64,000 bases of DNA from Mobula hypostoma. Lineage: Eukaryota. The notes beneath the pieces were generated by a model, which searched no databases, had not been told where the DNA came from, and worked only from the letters and a program-made list of their open reading frames with translations. Of the stretch, positions 36,095-50,675 are shown in pieces (the stretch's first letter is position 1; each line of letters opens with the position of its first letter). A program made the translations under genes and the position numbers. Where the stretch lies: assembly GCF_963921235.1 (NCBI RefSeq), contig NC_086097.1, positions 203,920,001-203,984,000 on the forward strand, in the 5' to 3' direction.

Positions 36095-38208
36095 GTTTGA
36101 GAGGGATCTAAGGTCAGACGTATCAGTATTACAGTGGAGTAAAGTGGATTACAGAGGCATGAGAGAGGAGGTGGACAAAGTTGTTTGGAAGGGAACAGTA
36201 GCAGGGATGATGGTGTTTGGGTGCAATTCAGAAGGTACAGGATAGATACATCCCAAAGGCGAAGAAATATTCTAAAGGGAGGATGAGGTAACTGTGGCTA
36301 AATGGCATAAAAGCAAAAGAGAGGGCAAGAAATACAGCAAAAATTAGTGGGAAGGTTCTAAACATCAACAGAAGGCAACATAAGAAAGGAGAGAAAAGAT
36401 TACGTACGAAGGTAATCCAGCCAATAATATAAAAGAAGATACCAAATGTTTTTTCAGAACTACAAAGACTAAAAATGAGTCGAGAGTGGATATCAGACCA
36501 CTGGAAAATGACACTAAGAGGGCTAGAGGGATAGTAATGGCTTTGAAAGAAATGGCGAACAAACTTAAGTATTTTGCATCAGTTTTCACTATGGAAGACA
36601 GTAACAGAATGTAAGAAATTCAAGAGTGTCGGGGGGGCAGAAGTGAGTTTAGTTGCTATTACTAAGGAGAAGATGTTTGGGAAGCTGAAAGGTCTGAAAG
36701 TAGATAAGTCAGATGGACTACATCCAAAGGGTTCTGAAAGAGATAGCTCTTTCAGTAACAATCCTTGAAGAACACTGGGCTCTGGAATGGTTCCGGAGGA
36801 CAGGAATTTGCAAATATCACTCCACTCTTTAAGAAGGGAGGGAGGCAAAAGAAAGGAAATTATAGGCCAGAATTCCAATAGTTGGGAAAATGTTGCAGAC
36901 CATTATTAAGGATGAGGTTTCAGAGTATTTGGAGTTACATTATAAAACAGGCCAAAGTCAGCATGGTTTCCTTCAGGGAAAATCTTACCTGACAGGTTTG
37001 TTGGAATTATTTGAGGAAATAACAAGCAGGATAGACAAAGGAGAGTCAATGGATGTCATACATATACTTGGGTTTTCAGAAGGCCTTTGACATTATGCTG
37101 CACGTGAGCTGCTTAACAAGATAAAATCCCATGTTATTAGAGAAAAGGTACTATCATGGATAGAAAATAGGTTGACTGGCAAGAGACAAAGAGTGGGAAT
37201 AAAGGGGGCCATTTCTGGTTGGCTGTTGGTGACTAGTTTGTTCCACAGTGATCAGTGTTGGGACTGCCTTTTGTGTTATATGTCAATGATTTGGATGACA
37301 GAATAGATGGCTATGTGGCTGACACGAAGATAGGTGGAGAGGCAGGTAGTATTGAGGAACCAGGGCATCTGCAGAAAGTCTTAGTGTGCAGTCTGAGTGA
37401 ATAGGCAAAGAAGTGGCAGATAGATGGGATATAGTGTAGGGATATGTTCAGCTACGCACTTTGGTAGAAGGAATAAAGGCACAGACTAGTTACCAAACAG
37501 GGACAAAATTCAAAAATCAGAGATGCAGAGGAGCTTGGGAGTCCTCATGCCGTATCCCCTAAAGGTTAACTTGCAGGTTTTGACAGTGGTAAGAAAGGCA
37601 AATACAATGTTAACATTCATTTTGAGAGCACTACAATATAAAATCACGGACGTGAGGTTGAGGCGCTATGAGGCATTGGTCAGACTGCACTTGGAGTATT
37701 TTGAGCATTTTGGGCCCTTTATCAAAGAAAAGATGTGCTGACATTGGAGAAGGTCCAGAGGAGATTCAGAAGAATGATTCCGGGAATGAAAGGGTTAACA
37801 GTTGAGGAGCATTTGATGGCTCTAGGGCTGTACCTGCTGGAGCTTAGAGGAATGAAGGCGGACCTCATTGAAATCTACTGAATATTGAAAGACCTAGATA
37901 GAGTGGATGTGGAGAGGGCACAGACTCAGAATAGAGGAACGTCCCTTTAGAATAGAGACGAGAAGGAATTTCTTTCATCACAGGGCAGTGAATCTGTGGA
38001 ATTCATTGCCACAGTCAGCTGTGAAAGTCAAGTCATTGGGTATATTTGAAGCAGAGATTGATAGGTTCTTGAATAGTTGGGGTGTCAAAGGTTACAGGGA
38101 AAAGGAGAATGCATTTGAGAGAGATGATAAGTCAGCAATGACGGAATGGCAATGAAGCCTTGATGGGCTGAATGGCCTAATAACCTAGCTCCTATGTCAT
38201 AAGGTCTT
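36095..38208 (+). mobile_element. CR1 LINE ORF2, heavily degraded
   Basis: LKVDKS.DGLHP, QHGF.QGKSYLT, LVRLHLEY, GHRLRIE..FR remnants; CR1 3' UTR. Confidence 0.85.
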
Positions 38209-39234
38209 AGTGTCTTTTGGATAAACAAGTGTTTACTGTATTCTCTTAATTAATTTTCCTTCTCTTTATGACTGTTAAAATACATTGCAAGGTGATGAAC
38301 AGGTCTTTGTAGATGGTGTTCTCAAAGCAAAGCTTTAAACAAGTGTGGATTTGTCCCAGTTGCTAAGGTGCATATACTGTACTGGACTTTGTTTATCCAT
38401 AACAGGAAGATATTTTACCTGGTTGCAAGAGAACCAGGAGATAAGGAGAAATGTATATCCTGCCAGATTATGATACCATGTTGCAGTTCCAAATATACAA
38501 AGCTATACCCTTATCTTGAAATTAAATCATTAGCTACTTTCATTAACCCTTTTGACTCTTCCTGTTGCCAAACTCCAGTTTAGAATTTAATCACTTTTTT
38601 AGAAAGTATCAGTCCAATCTCATAGACATGCTTGTTAAAAAGAAAGCTTTGCAAATAATAAATTAATGGATTTGATGCAGAAACAAAGTGTAAATTGCAT
38701 TTTTGTTAATCATTACTTCAGTTGGATAAACTGAATAATAGTTCAGGTTGAAAATAAATCTGGAGATTTTTCCATGAGACAAACTACTCAAACAGATAAG
38801 ATATTAAAGTGAGAGATCATAAACAAGGTTTGATTTATTTCAGTGAGAGTAGAGAGATGTTGATTGATTTTCATTGCTTTTCTGATTCTTTTAAAATAAA
38901 CTCAAATCCCCAATTCAAACATAATCATGAATATTAATTGGGTGCTCTTAAGAATTCTTAACTCCACATGTTATAATTTCCGAAAAGAATCCTTAAACCA
39001 GAATGTAGCTGCACAGTACTGTTCGTTAGATGCCAAGGTTGCCAATTTGTTTTCAATTTTGTGTTCAGTGTGCATTTTGTTGTGTGCTTTATGTGGCTGC
39101 CATGCTGGCAATGCAGCTTGTACCTGGGACTGTATCATCAACTGTATCTTGCAGACTGGACAGAAAACGATGCCAATCTATGCACAATGCTGATTGTGAT
39201 ACTCTTTTGAAAGTCGTATCTCCATGAGGCGTTG

Positions 39235-39632
39235 CCTTCAGAAGGTAATATCTAGCATCAAAGATTGCCCACCACCTGGATCATGCCACCCTCTTGCAGC
39301 TACCATTGAGCAGGAGGAATAGTAGCCGGAAGTCCCACACCACTAAGCATAAGAAAAGCTACTTCTTTTCAACCATTCAATTCTTGAACCAACCTACATG
39401 CATCCTGATCACTACCTCAGAATAACATCATCATTATGACCACCTTGCAATACAATAGGCTTCATTTATTCTTTCTTCTATAATACTGTTTAATTTATAT
39501 TTAATTTGTTTATTTTTGTGACAGCTGCTTCTGATTCTATGTGCCTGTGTTACTGCTGCTAAGGACTTTTTCATTGTACATGTTCATTGCACATGTACTT
39601 GTACATTTGACAATAAGTTCAACTTTTGACTT
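39235..39632 (+). mobile_element. Rex/Babar-type 3' end, old
   Basis: IKD..HP.H..L..LP remnant; GACAATAAGTT..TTTGACTTT tail. Confidence 0.55.
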
Positions 39633-40213
39633 TATCCATAAGTGTTGAATGCCTATCATTATCCCTCAATTAAATAGTAGCAGAGCATACAGATTTGCCA
39701 AGATCGCGAAGATCCACGTTGTAAATTGGATCACATTGCTTTGCAGGTATTATACATGAAAAGAAATATACCATAACTTGATGTGAGTATACTTCCGTCT
39801 TGCCCAGTAATCTGTGAACACAAACAGAACATCTTGCAGGCTAAATTTGGATATCCAGTCAGCAGTCGTGATGGGACAATTCTGAAGCAGACAAATGTGC
39901 CATTATTTTAAAACACTGACCAGCAAGTGTTACCTGCTAACCTCATGGCCCTTAGTGCTGATGAGCAACCCATTCCCACAGGAGCACCAACCATACAGTG
40001 GAAGTTATTATCTTTTATTGGATAGACCAAAGCAAACACTCTCCTGCCTGAATTACTGCTACACTGAGCAGTGCTGGTCTTGGGGTTTTCCAGTAACTGC
40101 CAGACACTACCTGATATCATACTGATGAGAACCTAGCCTTTGCACGCAGCTTTGGGAACAGGGAGGGGGTAGCCAGGAGCAGGAAGTGGTGGAGGAGAAA
40201 AGGACATGATCTA

Positions 40214-40446
40214 AAGTAACACATACAAAATGCTGGAGGAACTCAGCAGGCCAGGCAGCATTTATGGAAAAGAGTACAGTTGACGTTTCGGGCCGAGACC
40301 CTTCAGCAGATGAGTCCTGATGAAGAGTCTCAGCCCAAAACGTTGACTGTACTTCTTTTCCATAGATACTGCCTGGCCTGCTGAGTTCCTCCAGCATTTT
40401 GTGTATGTTGCTTGATTTCCAGCATCTGCATATTTTCTTTTGTTTG
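40214..40446. mobile_element. Fold-back Penelope-like insertion with two back-to-back degenerate hammerhead motifs
   Basis: ~95-bp inverted arms; TSD TGATCTA at 40207-40213 and 40447-40453. Confidence 0.85.
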
Positions 40447-40869
40447 TGATCTATTGTCTCCTTTTAGACTGTCCAAGACCAGGTCACTAGAGTTCTGTAT
40501 CATTAAACATCATCCAAATTCCTTATTTACCAGCATTGCATCTTCACTCACTCATTGCCTAATCACAATACCAAGTAAATTACATCAACTTTAACAATCA
40601 AATCACGTCAAATGCCATAGAAACATAAATTAATCCTGCTTTTAAATTCTTTTAGGTCAGTCTCCCTCAAAGCTGCTGAAGGGTGACTGAGTTGCTGTGG
40701 CGAAGACTGTAGATGATCTTGAAGGATGACATCCAGCATATTTTGCTCAAGATGCCCAAGTTTCTTGCCACATTCAGTAGTTTGAGATGGCTGACAATCC
40801 AGAACAACAAACTTACTGATGGAGGGATAGTGCTGAGATAAGAAACTTTGTCATCTGATAAAGGATAAA

Positions 40870-42615
40870 AAAAGAACCTCTGCTTGATAGCGGGTTAACA
40901 TTTTGGGAATAGTGACTAAAACTCATTACATTTTAAGATAGTTATGAGTAAGGATTAAACTGGATCTTGCAAGAAGGTATGAAATTGAGGAAAGATAAGA
41001 CACGAGCCAAAGGACATTGACAGGGAGCAGCTGCTGACAGACAAGTTCATGCCTGACATGTGGGAGTTGTTTAACAATTAGCTGATCTGAGTTCAGTATC
41101 AGTATGTTCCGGTAAGGAGTAAGGACAAGGATGGTGATGTAAGGGAACACTGAATGACCCCAGGAGTCCTAAATTTAGTCAGGAAGAGAAAGGAAGCATA
41201 CATAAGGTTTCGGAAGTTAAAATCAGACTGGGCCCTGTGGAATATAAAGATAGCAGGAAAAGCAGGAAAGTGTTCAAGCAGGCGATTAAGAAGGCCAAAA
41301 GAGGCCATGAAATGTCCTTGACAAGCAGAATCAAGGATAATACCAATGCTTTTTATTCTTATATATTAGAAAAGGAGGATAACTAAGGAATGGTTAGGTC
41401 CACTCAAGACTAAAGGAAAGAACATGTGCTTGGAATCAGATCAAGTGGCTGAGCTGCAAAATGAGTACTGTTTTGTCAGTATTTACTGAAGAGAAATTTG
41501 AGGATAGTGAAAACAGAGTGGGGCATGCTGAAGTTTTGGAACATTTTGAGATTTAGGAGGAGGAAGTGATAGGTCTTCTGAACAGATTTAAGGTGGGTAA
41601 GTCATCAGGGCCTGATAGGATATATCCCGGAATATTGAAGGAAGCAAGTGAAGAAATTGCTGGGGCTTTGACAAAGATCTTTGTGTCCTGACTAGGAACA
41701 GGCAATGTCCTGGAAGACTAGAGAGCAGTAAATATTGTGCCTTTGTTCAAGGAGGGAAATAGGGATAACTCAATTATAGGTCAGAGAGCCTTATGTCAGT
41801 GGTAGGGAGGCTATTGGAAAAGATACTGAGGTATCTCACATTGGAAAGACTTGGCCTTGCCGTACAAACTTGACTGTGTTTTTGAGGTGGTGACAACGAT
41901 GATTGATGAGGGTAAGACAGTAGATATTATCTATGTGGGCTTTAGTAAGGCATTTGACAAGGTCCACTCATGGTTGGTTGTTTCTCAAGATAATAATGCA
42001 TTGGATCCAGGCTAAATTGCACGTTTGGATTCTGAACTGGTTTGCCCATAGAAGACATAGAGTAGGGGTGGAAGGCTGTTTTTCTGGCTGGAGCTCCATG
42101 ACTAGTGGTGTTTCTTAAGGATTAGTGCTGGGATATATCATTGATTTGGATGAAAGTATGCAGTAAATTGGTAGGTTAGCAAGTCTATGGATGATACCAA
42201 GATTGGTGGAGTTGTGGACAGTACAAAGGACTATTAATGAATACAATTCGTTATAAAGTGGTTCCAGACATACACAGAGGAGTAGCAGGTGGAATATTAT
42301 CCAAGCAAGTATGAGGTGTTGCATTTCAGGAGATCAAATGGAAAGGGAAAGTATACAGCTAGTGGTGAGCCACTTAATAGCATTAAAATATGGAAGGATT
42401 TGAGGTTCAGGTCAATAATTCACTGAAGTGGCTATGCAAGCGGATAGGGTGGTAAAGATGTATGCAATGCTTGTCTTCATTGTCAAGGTGTTGAGTATAA
42501 GAGTAAGGAAGTCATGCTGCAGCTTTATTAAGCCTTAGTTGGGCAACATGTGGAGGATTGTGTGCAGTTCTGGTCTCCCCATTATAGAAGGGATGTGGAG
42601 GTTGTGGGAAAGATG
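40870..42615 (+). mobile_element. CR1 LINE ORF2, heavily degraded
   Basis: Decayed LDL, KS.GPD.IYP, FSKAFDK and CVQFWSP motifs at DNA level, homologous to 5320-8826. Confidence 0.8.
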
Positions 42616-45600
42616 CTCAACTTGAGTTTTGTTGAGGAGGTAGGGCATTGAGCAGTGTTGGGGTTCATGATGTAGCTGATGGATCATGATCAGTTAACTG
42701 GGCTTGACCATACCTATGTCATTGAACTCCACTGTCCAGGTGCAGGCACTTAGTGTCACTGCCTTTTCCTCCTGTTACTCTTCACATTGTTTGTCTGGAG
42801 CACCTCTTGTGAGAGTAGCCAACTATGTATTTAAAACACAAGGGAGAAGTTTTATACAGGAGATTACTAAAGGCAGGGCTTGCTTATTTCAACCAGGAAA
42901 GGTTGGAGTGGTTGTCAGAAGCATCTGTGGGGAAAATCACTCTGATGTGTCTTTCAATTACTCAGAGCTGATCATTGATCACAAAATCTTTGTCGGGTGA
43001 CTCCAGGACAACATTTTTGTGGAAAAGTTTACATAATAACAGTCCAAAACTCAATATTTATGGGTTTTCATTGTGCTTTCACTCTCCCTCCCTCCCTCCC
43101 TCCCTGCTTCTCCCCTTTTGCTTCCTCTGTCTTCTCCCATCCCCTTCTCTCTCCTCATCATCTCTGTTTCCATTCGTCTCCTTCCTCCTCTTTATCTCAC
43201 TTCCTCCTAGAGCAACAAGTCCCAGCAGCTATCTGTCAGCAGGCAAAGCCATGCCGCTGCTTAAGCTAGCTGGCAACTTTAACATGGAACTGATGGCTGC
43301 TGCAGAGCTTTTGTGCAGAGGGCTTGCCACAGATGGGGGTTTGTTGTTTCTCCCCATGGTTCCCATAACTGCCTGATGGGAAGGCTGATGCAAAATGAAT
43401 TTGCTTAGTATTGCAATCAGTGAAGAAACTCCTGGTCCAGATAACTAACTGGAAGCTTCTGCCCCCTAGGTCGTTGACTTGAAGATGAGACTGGTGTGGG
43501 CATAGGTTTTGTGTTAGGAAATATATGAGAGAAAAAAAGCATCTTGAATCATATTCTCGTTTGAAATAAGGGAAGTTCCAGTCAAAATGAGACACCTCAA
43601 ATTATTACAACCAGGTCCTCTGTAAGTAGAGGGTTTTATTTTCATTTATTTCTCCAAAGATTCTGAGACTGCATCTGAAGATCTCTCTCTCCTCTGTCAT
43701 TTCTACAATGAATTCCACTATCCTCAATCATAACACCTTTTCTTTAAGTGGTACATGCTAGCTTGAAGCCATACAAGCAGGTTGAAGCCATACAAGCATA
43801 CAAGCAGGTATCAACAAATCTCCAACACTGGGTCCCAGTTGCTGCATAAAGACAAAGGAAACACGGGAATACTAGCTGGATCCTAAAATCACGATGATTA
43901 GCTGGTACTGCAAACTTGTTTTCATGACTATGCTGAACCTAATGGGATCCAATAAATTGCACCCGTTTTCTGACACAATCCAATTTAGCCCTCACATTTA
44001 TTTTTGACCAAACAGGGATGAGATCAAGCTAGCTTATGCGCTTTTTCTTTCTCTCTGAAGCTGAACAAGAAAACTGTGTAACTTATTACTTTGATGTCAC
44101 TGAATCCAATCACGTTAATGTCATATGATTGCAACCATCTTTGGTATGGGTCACAAGTGGGTCAAACAACTGGAACAGTGTTGGTTCCAGCAAAGTCTGA
44201 AACAAACTGAAAGCTTCAATTGTCAAGTTAGTCCAGCAGATATCAAAGAGATTCTCATACTCAACTGATTTACTTTGGGGATTATAAACGTTTTGGTAGT
44301 GTATGGATGTTTCTTTTTCTTTATAATGTTTCAAAAGAAGGATTTAAATATGTCTTTCTTGACACTAAGCAACTTGAAGTCCTTCAATTCTACTAAGAGC
44401 AAATCAGGTCATTTAAAATGAATACAAGGTCAAATTCTGATTTATTAATGATGGCAAAGACAGGAGCTGGAATCACTTCTTAACAATGAAACACAGTACA
44501 CTCATGTATCAATGGGATAGTCAGTGGCTGAATAATGGATTATGGAAAACGCCATCTCATGAGAGTCAGGTGATATTGATTACAGAGTGCATTGCACATA
44601 CAGTAACTAGAACAAATTTACTAAATTATATCAAAAGAATCTTTAAAACAATATTTTCATTCACTAGGATTTTATGACTACAAAGATTTTACTCACTATG
44701 ACAGGAAACATAAAGCTGAAGTGACAAGCTACAAATTAGTGACTAAATGTTAATTAGTACACTTCAATCATTAGCAGCTTTTCAATTTGTAGGCAAAATC
44801 ACAAAAAGTTTTCAGTGTTGATGATTCTCATCCAGTGTTTTCTGCAGAAAATGATCCCTCTTTCTCTACCGTGACTTGGCACAGAGTAAAGGCTGGAACT
44901 TGCTTGTCAACTGACAGATGTTCAGAAACACCTGGAAGGTACTTTTAGCCGAACCTGCAGTTGGTGTTAATGTAGCTGTCCCATATAAATGAATTAAAAA
45001 TGTACGTAGTTTGCCCCAAAATTGTTTAGAAATATTTCCCAGTTTCAGCCTAATAAAGCAGGAATTTATCCTACACAACTTGGATTTCGAAATATTAATC
45101 TGTTAGTATAATAGCAGAAATTGCATTTTTATTGTTAATAGTTCCCATTATCGTAGTAAATTCTGATGATATTCTTTAGCTGTTTCCATTGAATAGCTAT
45201 ACGTAAGGATGTAGAATAAAAATATGGGCAAGCCACATGCAAACACTACCAAAGTTTGGTTGAGAAATGACCGATTGATTTGACATCAGGCCATAGTGGT
45301 GATTTGACACAGCTTGCCAGTCACGATGCTCCCTTGTATTTCCTGCCTTTGCTCTAGAAGTGATAGTTGTTGTGAGTTTGGAAGAAGCATTGATAAATTG
45401 TAATACTTTTTCACTTGTATTCACCACAAGCATACTAGACAAGTTGAAGGGAGGGAATATTTAGGATGGCGATTTGCTATCATTCAAGCTGCCTTTTTCT
45501 TCCTGGATGAAGTAATGTTTCTTGTGTGTTGTGGAAATCTATTAGTCCAAGAAGCTGATAAGAATTCGCTCACACTTCTGGCTCAGCTATATGACAATGC

Positions 45601-45811
45601 AAAGCCTGTGAGCTGTTTGCTGTAGTTGTTTCCTAAGCCAAATGACAAGCATAATTTTAAAAAATCCAGTATTTATGATAGGCAGTCAAATAGCTGTGTG
45701 CTAACTTTGCCCTCGAAACTGACCTGTACAAGAGCCCAACTAGCTCTGCATTCACATTGGTGATGCTTTATATCATCTGCAGTTAATATTTGAAAATGGC
45801 AAAGAATGATA

Positions 45812-45946
45812 CAAACAGGAGAAAATCTACAGATGCTGGAACTCTAAGCAACACACACAAAATGATGGAGGAACTCAGCAGGCCAGCCAGCATCTATGGA
45901 AAAGTGTAAATAGTTGGCGTTTTGGGCCAAGACCCTTCATCAGGAC
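45812..45946 (-). mobile_element. PLE 3' terminus with decayed hammerhead
   Basis: Reverse complement GTCCTGATGAAGGGTCTTGGCCCAAAACG..GATGCTGGCTGGCCTGCTGAG. Confidence 0.75.
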
Positions 45947-47359
45947 GAAACAGCCAGATGTCTGAATGATAAAAGCTAATTAATTTAACCTCGTACTTTG
46001 TGCTTTTAAACATGTGGAATTGATCAGGTCTCAACATTGTTCCACAAAGTATGCAACAGAATTCCTCAAATTTATTTTTCAGTGGGGGGGGGGGAATGGA
46101 GTGGTGGGAAATGGTAGTTGGTTAACTGTGGATTTTGACTTTTGACATATCTAGCTTTCTTTTCATCTCCAGGTCAATGTTTTCTGTTTCCTTTTGAATG
46201 ATGGATTACTTATCACTCGTCAGATTGGATGTGTGAACTTGTTTCCTCCTAGTAATTGCTACTGATCAATTTCCTCCTTCCCTTCCTTATTGTAAAAGCT
46301 TGTCATTGTTTTACATTAATATACTAAAATCTTAGCACACTGTAAGTTACCAACATCCTTTTCCATTGAAGTTCCTAGGAAACAATTCAAGAATGAAGCT
46401 ACAATCACTGTTTTGCTGCTAATTAATGCCAGTCATCAGTAATTACCATTCTACTTTGATCAAATTCTGTAATTTCTGAGTAGTTCATTTCAAAGGGTAT
46501 TACTACTTTCTTGCACCTGTCTTTAAATGAAATAAGGGCTATTTCCAGGGTAATTAGTTCTTTGTCTTTATTATACTGTGGGCACAGTTCAACAAAACAG
46601 ATCACATCGTTAATCATGCAAACTAAAAGATATTAAAGAGTTGAAAATATGTTTTATTGCCTCATGAACATATGACATAAATAGATTAATTCACAAAAAT
46701 TCTCAAATTGAATGATTGACTTAGGAAGTTAAGCATATTGCTAATTCTCTGATCATCACGAGCACTGTTCTTTATTTTATTGCAAAGTTCAGTGTCAAGT
46801 GTGCATCAGAATAACAAGGATTTCTTACGCATAGAACAGCAAGTCACAACTAAATTGGGAAAGATAAACCAACTAGCAAGCAGACATGAAAACAGTGATG
46901 TTAAAGATCAAAACATAATAAAAATGGGTTGCAGCCAAAAGAAACATGGCTAATTAATCAAATTGATTAAAGGATTGTTGAACATGATTTTGCCTACCAT
47001 CCTTTCTTTGCATGTCGCTGGAGAAGGAAGTATATGGTTTGACTGAAGTGTTGTGAAGACAAAGAAACCAGTGATTAGAAGGCACAGTAGGAGGTTATTA
47101 GGTCTATCCTATCTGTGGCAGTCAATGAAGAGTTACTCAGTATAATCCCAAATTACTGCACTAAATCCTTGTTTTTGCAGCTCCTGACTTTTTGAGTGCA
47201 CTTTTCAATGGCTTGAGGTTTTCTACTACCACTGTCTTTTGGATTATATAATCCACACCTGCCCTCTAATGCTGCCCCAGTTTTTGTCCCCTCTACAAAG
47301 AATTAAATCCTTTCTAATTATTCTTTCTACATCTTTTTCAATTTTATGTGCATCAATTA

Positions 47360-47635
47360 AATTGGTAAATCAGTTTATTATTACACTTAGATACTGTGAA
47401 AACATTGTTTCATCCATATGGATAATTTCACTTCATCAGTACATTGAAGTAGTACAAGGGAAAAACAAGTAACAGAATTCAGAATAAACTGTTACAGTTA
47501 CAGAGAATGTGCAGGCTGACAATAAGCTACAAGATCATGACAAGGTGGATTGTGAGGTTAAGAGTCCAGTTTATCATACAAGAAGACTGAATAACAGTGG
47601 GATAAAAACTGTCCTTAAGTCTGGTGGTACAAATT
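47360..47635 (-). mobile_element. Old Rex/Babar-type 3' tail
   Basis: GTTTATTATT..AC..AGATAC.GTGAAAA tail pattern; ACTGTCCTT.AG.CTGGTGGTAC junction. Confidence 0.45.
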
Positions 47636-47859
47636 TCGTGACTGCTGCTGAATGGAACGAGGGAGAAGGATATCCTCTGTTCCAAAGAAAACAATCCCAA
47701 TTATCCAGCTTTTACTCACAACTACTATTTTTTTCAGCCCTTCTAATATCCTCAAGCCCTCACTCAAGTGCAATCATAAAGTGGTGATCAGAAATGCACA
47801 CACTACTATACTTGAGCTGTCGTTCCTAGCAAAATCTCTCTCCAACGTTATTCTATGCC

Positions 47860-48960
47860 GTAGCTAAGAAAGAAAACTCGACTACTTGCCTTTTCAACCA
47901 GCTGCTTTTACCTTTAATGACCCTTGAATGTTCAGTCCACTTGGTAATGTATTTTCTCTTGGCATGTTTGTATCTCTCCAAAGGCTTACCTTACACTTTG
48001 CTCTGTTGAATTCTACTTTCAACTTCTCTGCCCAAATGACGAGACCTTTTATATCTTATAATATTTTGTCAACTATATTGTGTTTACAATTTTCTTAATT
48101 ATCCACGCTATGTATTAAGCCCTATTCATGAATGTATTTATTGAAAAATGCAAGGGACCAAGTATTGAATTCTGTGGGATGCATTGTTATCAGCTTTCCC
48201 AGTCAAAAAAAACTAATCAACAATCAACCTTTGACACTTGTCACTGAGTCAGTTTTGAATCCAATTTTACTCACTCCTGCTAGTTCGTGTAACTGCTACA
48301 TGGGCCACTGTCAAAAGCCTTGCTAAAATCTATGCAGACTATGTGAAATGCACTGACACATTGAAATATTTTGTGAGGTAACAAGGGAAGTCAATCAAGT
48401 CACCTCAGACATGACCTTCCCTTAACAAATCCATCTTTTTCTGGTTAATTTGTGCCTTCCTAAATGAAGATTTATACCATCTCTCAAAAATGACCCCAAT
48501 AATTTCCCTAACATAGGAGTGAGACTAATTGGCCTGTAAAAACTTGATTTATTCCTTCCTCCATTTTGAAACAATGGCACAATGTAAGCAGTCATCTATT
48601 CTTCTGGCACCACTCCTGTAACCAGAGTGGACTGTAAAGAAATAGTCAGAACTTTTACAATTGCTCTGATGTTTCTTTCAACTGCATGGTATATATTTCA
48701 TGCAAGCTTTATGACTTAACCACATTCAAAGGCATTGAACCCTGTAATACCTCCTCTCTTAATATGTTTAGCTCATCCAATATTTCTTTATTTCTCATTG
48801 ACCACAACATTAGTAAGATTCCCCTCTTGTGAAAGCAGCCACAAAGTATTAAATATCCTGTTGTCCATCTCCAACATGGATTACGTAAGTTTCCTTAGTT
48901 ATTTCCTTGCTCTTAGTACATAAAAAAGATCTTAATTTTTCATTGATTTTATTTCACAGT
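47860..48960 (-). mobile_element. Old CR1 RT region
   Basis: DNA similarity to CR1 RT motifs (TGTCAAAAGCCTTGCTAAAATC; AGACATGACCTTCCCTTAACAAATCCAT). Confidence 0.6.
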
Positions 48961-49137
48961 ATTTCTAATGCCATGGAGTTTTCCTAAGAGGGAAGAGCAT
49001 GAAAATTACATGAAAATTACTATAGAATTATTGTTTATAAGCAATTACAAAAACCTGAACTCTGAACTGATTCCACAACCTACAGACTCTCTTCCAAGGG
49101 CTCTACAATTCATGTTCTCAGTATTATTTATTTTTTT

Positions 49138-50443
49138 AGAAACCATAGAGACTACAGCACAGAAACAGGCCTTTTGGCCCTTCTTGGCTGTGCCGAACCA
49201 TTTTCTGCCTAGTCCCACTGACCTGCACACGGACCATATCCCTTCATACACCTCCCATCCATGTATCTGTCCAATTTATTCTTAAATGTTAAAAAAGAAC
49301 CCGCATTTACCACCTCGTCTGGCAGCTCATTCCATACTCCCACCACTCTCTGTGTGAAGAAGCCCTCCCTAATGTTCCCTTTAAACTTTTCCCCCCTCAC
49401 CCTTAACCCATGTCCTCTGATTTTTTTCTCCCCTTGTCTCAGTGGAAAAAGCCTGCTTGCATTCACTCTATCTTACCCATCATAATTTTATATACCTCTA
49501 TCAAATCTCCCCTTATTCTTCTACGCTCCAGGGAATAAAGTCCAAACCTATTCAACCTTTCTCTGTAACTGAGTTTCTCAAGTCCCGGCAACATCCTTGT
49601 AAACCTTCTCTGCACTCTTTCAACCTTATTTATATCCTTCCTGTAATTTGGTGACCAAAACTGAACACAATACTCCAGATTCGGCCTCACCAATGCCTTA
49701 TACAACCTCATCATAACATTCCAGCTCTTATACTCAATACTTTGATTAATAAAGGCCAATGTACCAAAAGCTCTCTTTACGACGCTATCTACCTGTGACG
49801 CCACTTTTAGGGAATTTTGTATCTGTATTCCCAGATCCCTCTGTTCCACTGCACTCCTCAGTGCCTTACCATTAACCCTGTATGTTCTACGTTGGTTTGT
49901 CCTTCCAATGTGCAATACCTCACACTTGTCAGTATTAAACTCCATCTGCCATTTTTCAGCCCATTTTTCCAGCTGGTCCAAGTCCCTCTGCAGGCTCTGA
50001 AAACCTTCCTCACCGTCTACTACACCTCCAATCTTTGTATCATCAGCAAACTTGCTGATCCAATTTACCACATTATCACCCAGATCATTGATATAGATGA
50101 CAAATAACAATGGACCCAGCACTGATCCCTGTGGCACACCACTAGTCACAGGCCTCCACTCAGAGAAGCAATTCTCTACCACCACTCTCTGGCTTCTTCC
50201 ATCGAGCCAATGTCTAATCCAATTTACCACCTCTCCATGTATACCTAGCGACTGAATTTTCCTAACTAACCTCCCATGCGGGACCTTGTCAAAGGCCTTA
50301 CTGAAGTCCATGTAGACAATATCCACTGCCTTCCCTTCGTCCACTTTCCTGGTAACCTCCTCGAAAAACTCCAATAGATTGGTCAAACATGACCTACCAC
50401 GCACAAAAACATGTTGACTCTCCCTAATAAGTCCCAGTCTATC
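49138..50443 (-). mobile_element. CR1 LINE, 5'-truncated, RT largely intact
   Basis: ORF 49463-50476 with YMDFSKAFDKVPH, SGVPQGSVLGP, FADDTK, LVRPNLEYC; single frameshift near 49470. Confidence 0.93.
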
Positions 50444-50588
50444 TATTTTATTTGCACAATTTGCCTTCTTTTGCACATTGGTTATCAGTCTTGTTTATGT
50501 ATAGTTCTTCCATAAATTCTGTTGCATTTCTTTATTTTCCTGTAAATCCTGCAAGAAAATGAATCTCAAGGTAATATATGGTGACATA

Positions 50589-50675
50589 ATTACTTACTGT
50601 TTATTACGATGCTGGCATTTAGTGCAGCAATGAGGGTCCTCCGTCTCCGCCTATCGTTGGCTATCTTGATATTGG
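50589..50675 (-). mobile_element. RTE-clade LINE extreme 3' end
   Basis: Minus-strand peptide IANDRRRRRTLIAALNA resembles RTE A.DR..WR....AL; (TAAG)n tail; CATA on both sides. Confidence 0.55.

Noticed and set aside
43763..43808. TTGAAGCCATACAAGCA tandem duplication
   Set aside because: Simple slippage duplication
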